Below, piece by piece: positions 63,597-64,000 of a stretch of 64,000 nt of DNA. The position numbers and the translations under genes were made by a program. Numbering within the stretch: position 1 is the stretch's first letter; each line of letters opens with the position of its first letter. Source of the DNA: an uncultured candidate division Zixibacteria bacterium (GTDB lineage: Bacteria > Zixibacteria > MSB-5A5 > RBG-16-43-9); NCBI GenBank assembly GCA_963713865.1, contig OY970208.1, forward strand, positions 2,080,001 through 2,144,000. The letters are read 5' to 3'. Below the pieces are notes generated by a model. That model made no database searches, had not been told where the DNA came from, and worked only from the letters and a program-made list of their open reading frames with translations.

Positions 63597-64000
63597 TTAA
63601 TAGGCATCGTCACGGATGATGGACTCCATATCCTGTTTCAAATCATATAGTTTCTCAAACAAAACCATCTGGGATGAATAATAGACCAGTCGGTAAAACG
63701 ACCGGAAAAGGCTGTAAGCCTGCTGTAAGATAAATAAAGAAAGTATAAGAAATTTCTCCATAAATACAAAATGCAAAATTTTATTCAGTCCGAAATAAGC
63801 CATTAAACTTCCCAGAAAAATTATTGTTACAAGATAATACAGAAAAACCGTTTTGTCAAAATTCTTAAGGATAAATCTTAAAATTGGTTTTATAATCCTT
63901 CTGAGTTTTTTCTCCTCGAAGTAAATCCGGTAAATCCGAAGATAGTCGCTCCACATAGCCAACCACATAAAGAAAATCGCCAGGACAAGAAGGTTTAAGA
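63597..64000 (-). CDS. Hypothetical membrane protein, C-terminal part; frame open to the window end
   Basis: Open frame with hydrophobic segments; no stop between 63968 and 64000. Confidence 0.65.
   Translation of the reverse strand, partial: LNLLVLAIFFMWLAMWSDYLRIYRIYFEEKKLRRIIKPILRFILKNFDKTVFLYYLVTIIFLGSLMAYFGLNKILHFVFMEKFLILSLFILQQAYSLFRSFYRLVYYSSQMVLFEKLYDLKQDMESIIRDDAY

Overview
Bacterial chromosome segment of roughly 38-40% GC (estimated by eye). RpoB/RpoC inserts and gene content fit an FCB-group-like lineage, possibly Zixibacteria; this is inference, not checked. Almost everything is on the minus strand. The core (about 17.5-50.9 kb) is the translation/transcription supercluster: tRNA-Thr, tuf, rpmG, tRNA-Trp, secE, nusG, rplKAJL, rpoBC, rpsLG, fusA, a second tuf, then the S10, spc and alpha operons. 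The left flank has tamB/tamA-like genes, a REC-GAF-HD-GYP regulator, a flavin reductase, a site-2 protease, argS, a frameshifted MFS gene, an AbiE type IV toxin-antitoxin module, dapF and a PHP gene. The right flank has cysE/cysK, a remodelled tRNA cluster, a 4Fe-4S protein, cysS, a HAD hydrolase, ddl, dedA, ispF, DUF559, ispD, queA, a creatininase-family gene and an MBL hydrolase. The most unusual locus is 52.67-54.05 kb. There the tRNAs are separated by a conserved ~85-bp palindromic octamer-repeat spacer. The locus holds a full-length tRNA-Gly paralogue whose anticodon arm is replaced by a different, fully paired stem with no anticodon, plus a second, 5'-truncated copy. A small GIY-YIG nuclease and an amber-interrupted four-helix-bundle gene sit directly after arms of the spacer repeat. 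Other points of note: an AbiEii toxin fused in frame to a second gene that keeps its own RBS, a DUF559 nuclease embedded in REP-like repeats, many intergenic REP-like and heptamer repeats, and three single-base frameshifts (two in essential genes) that suggest assembly error.
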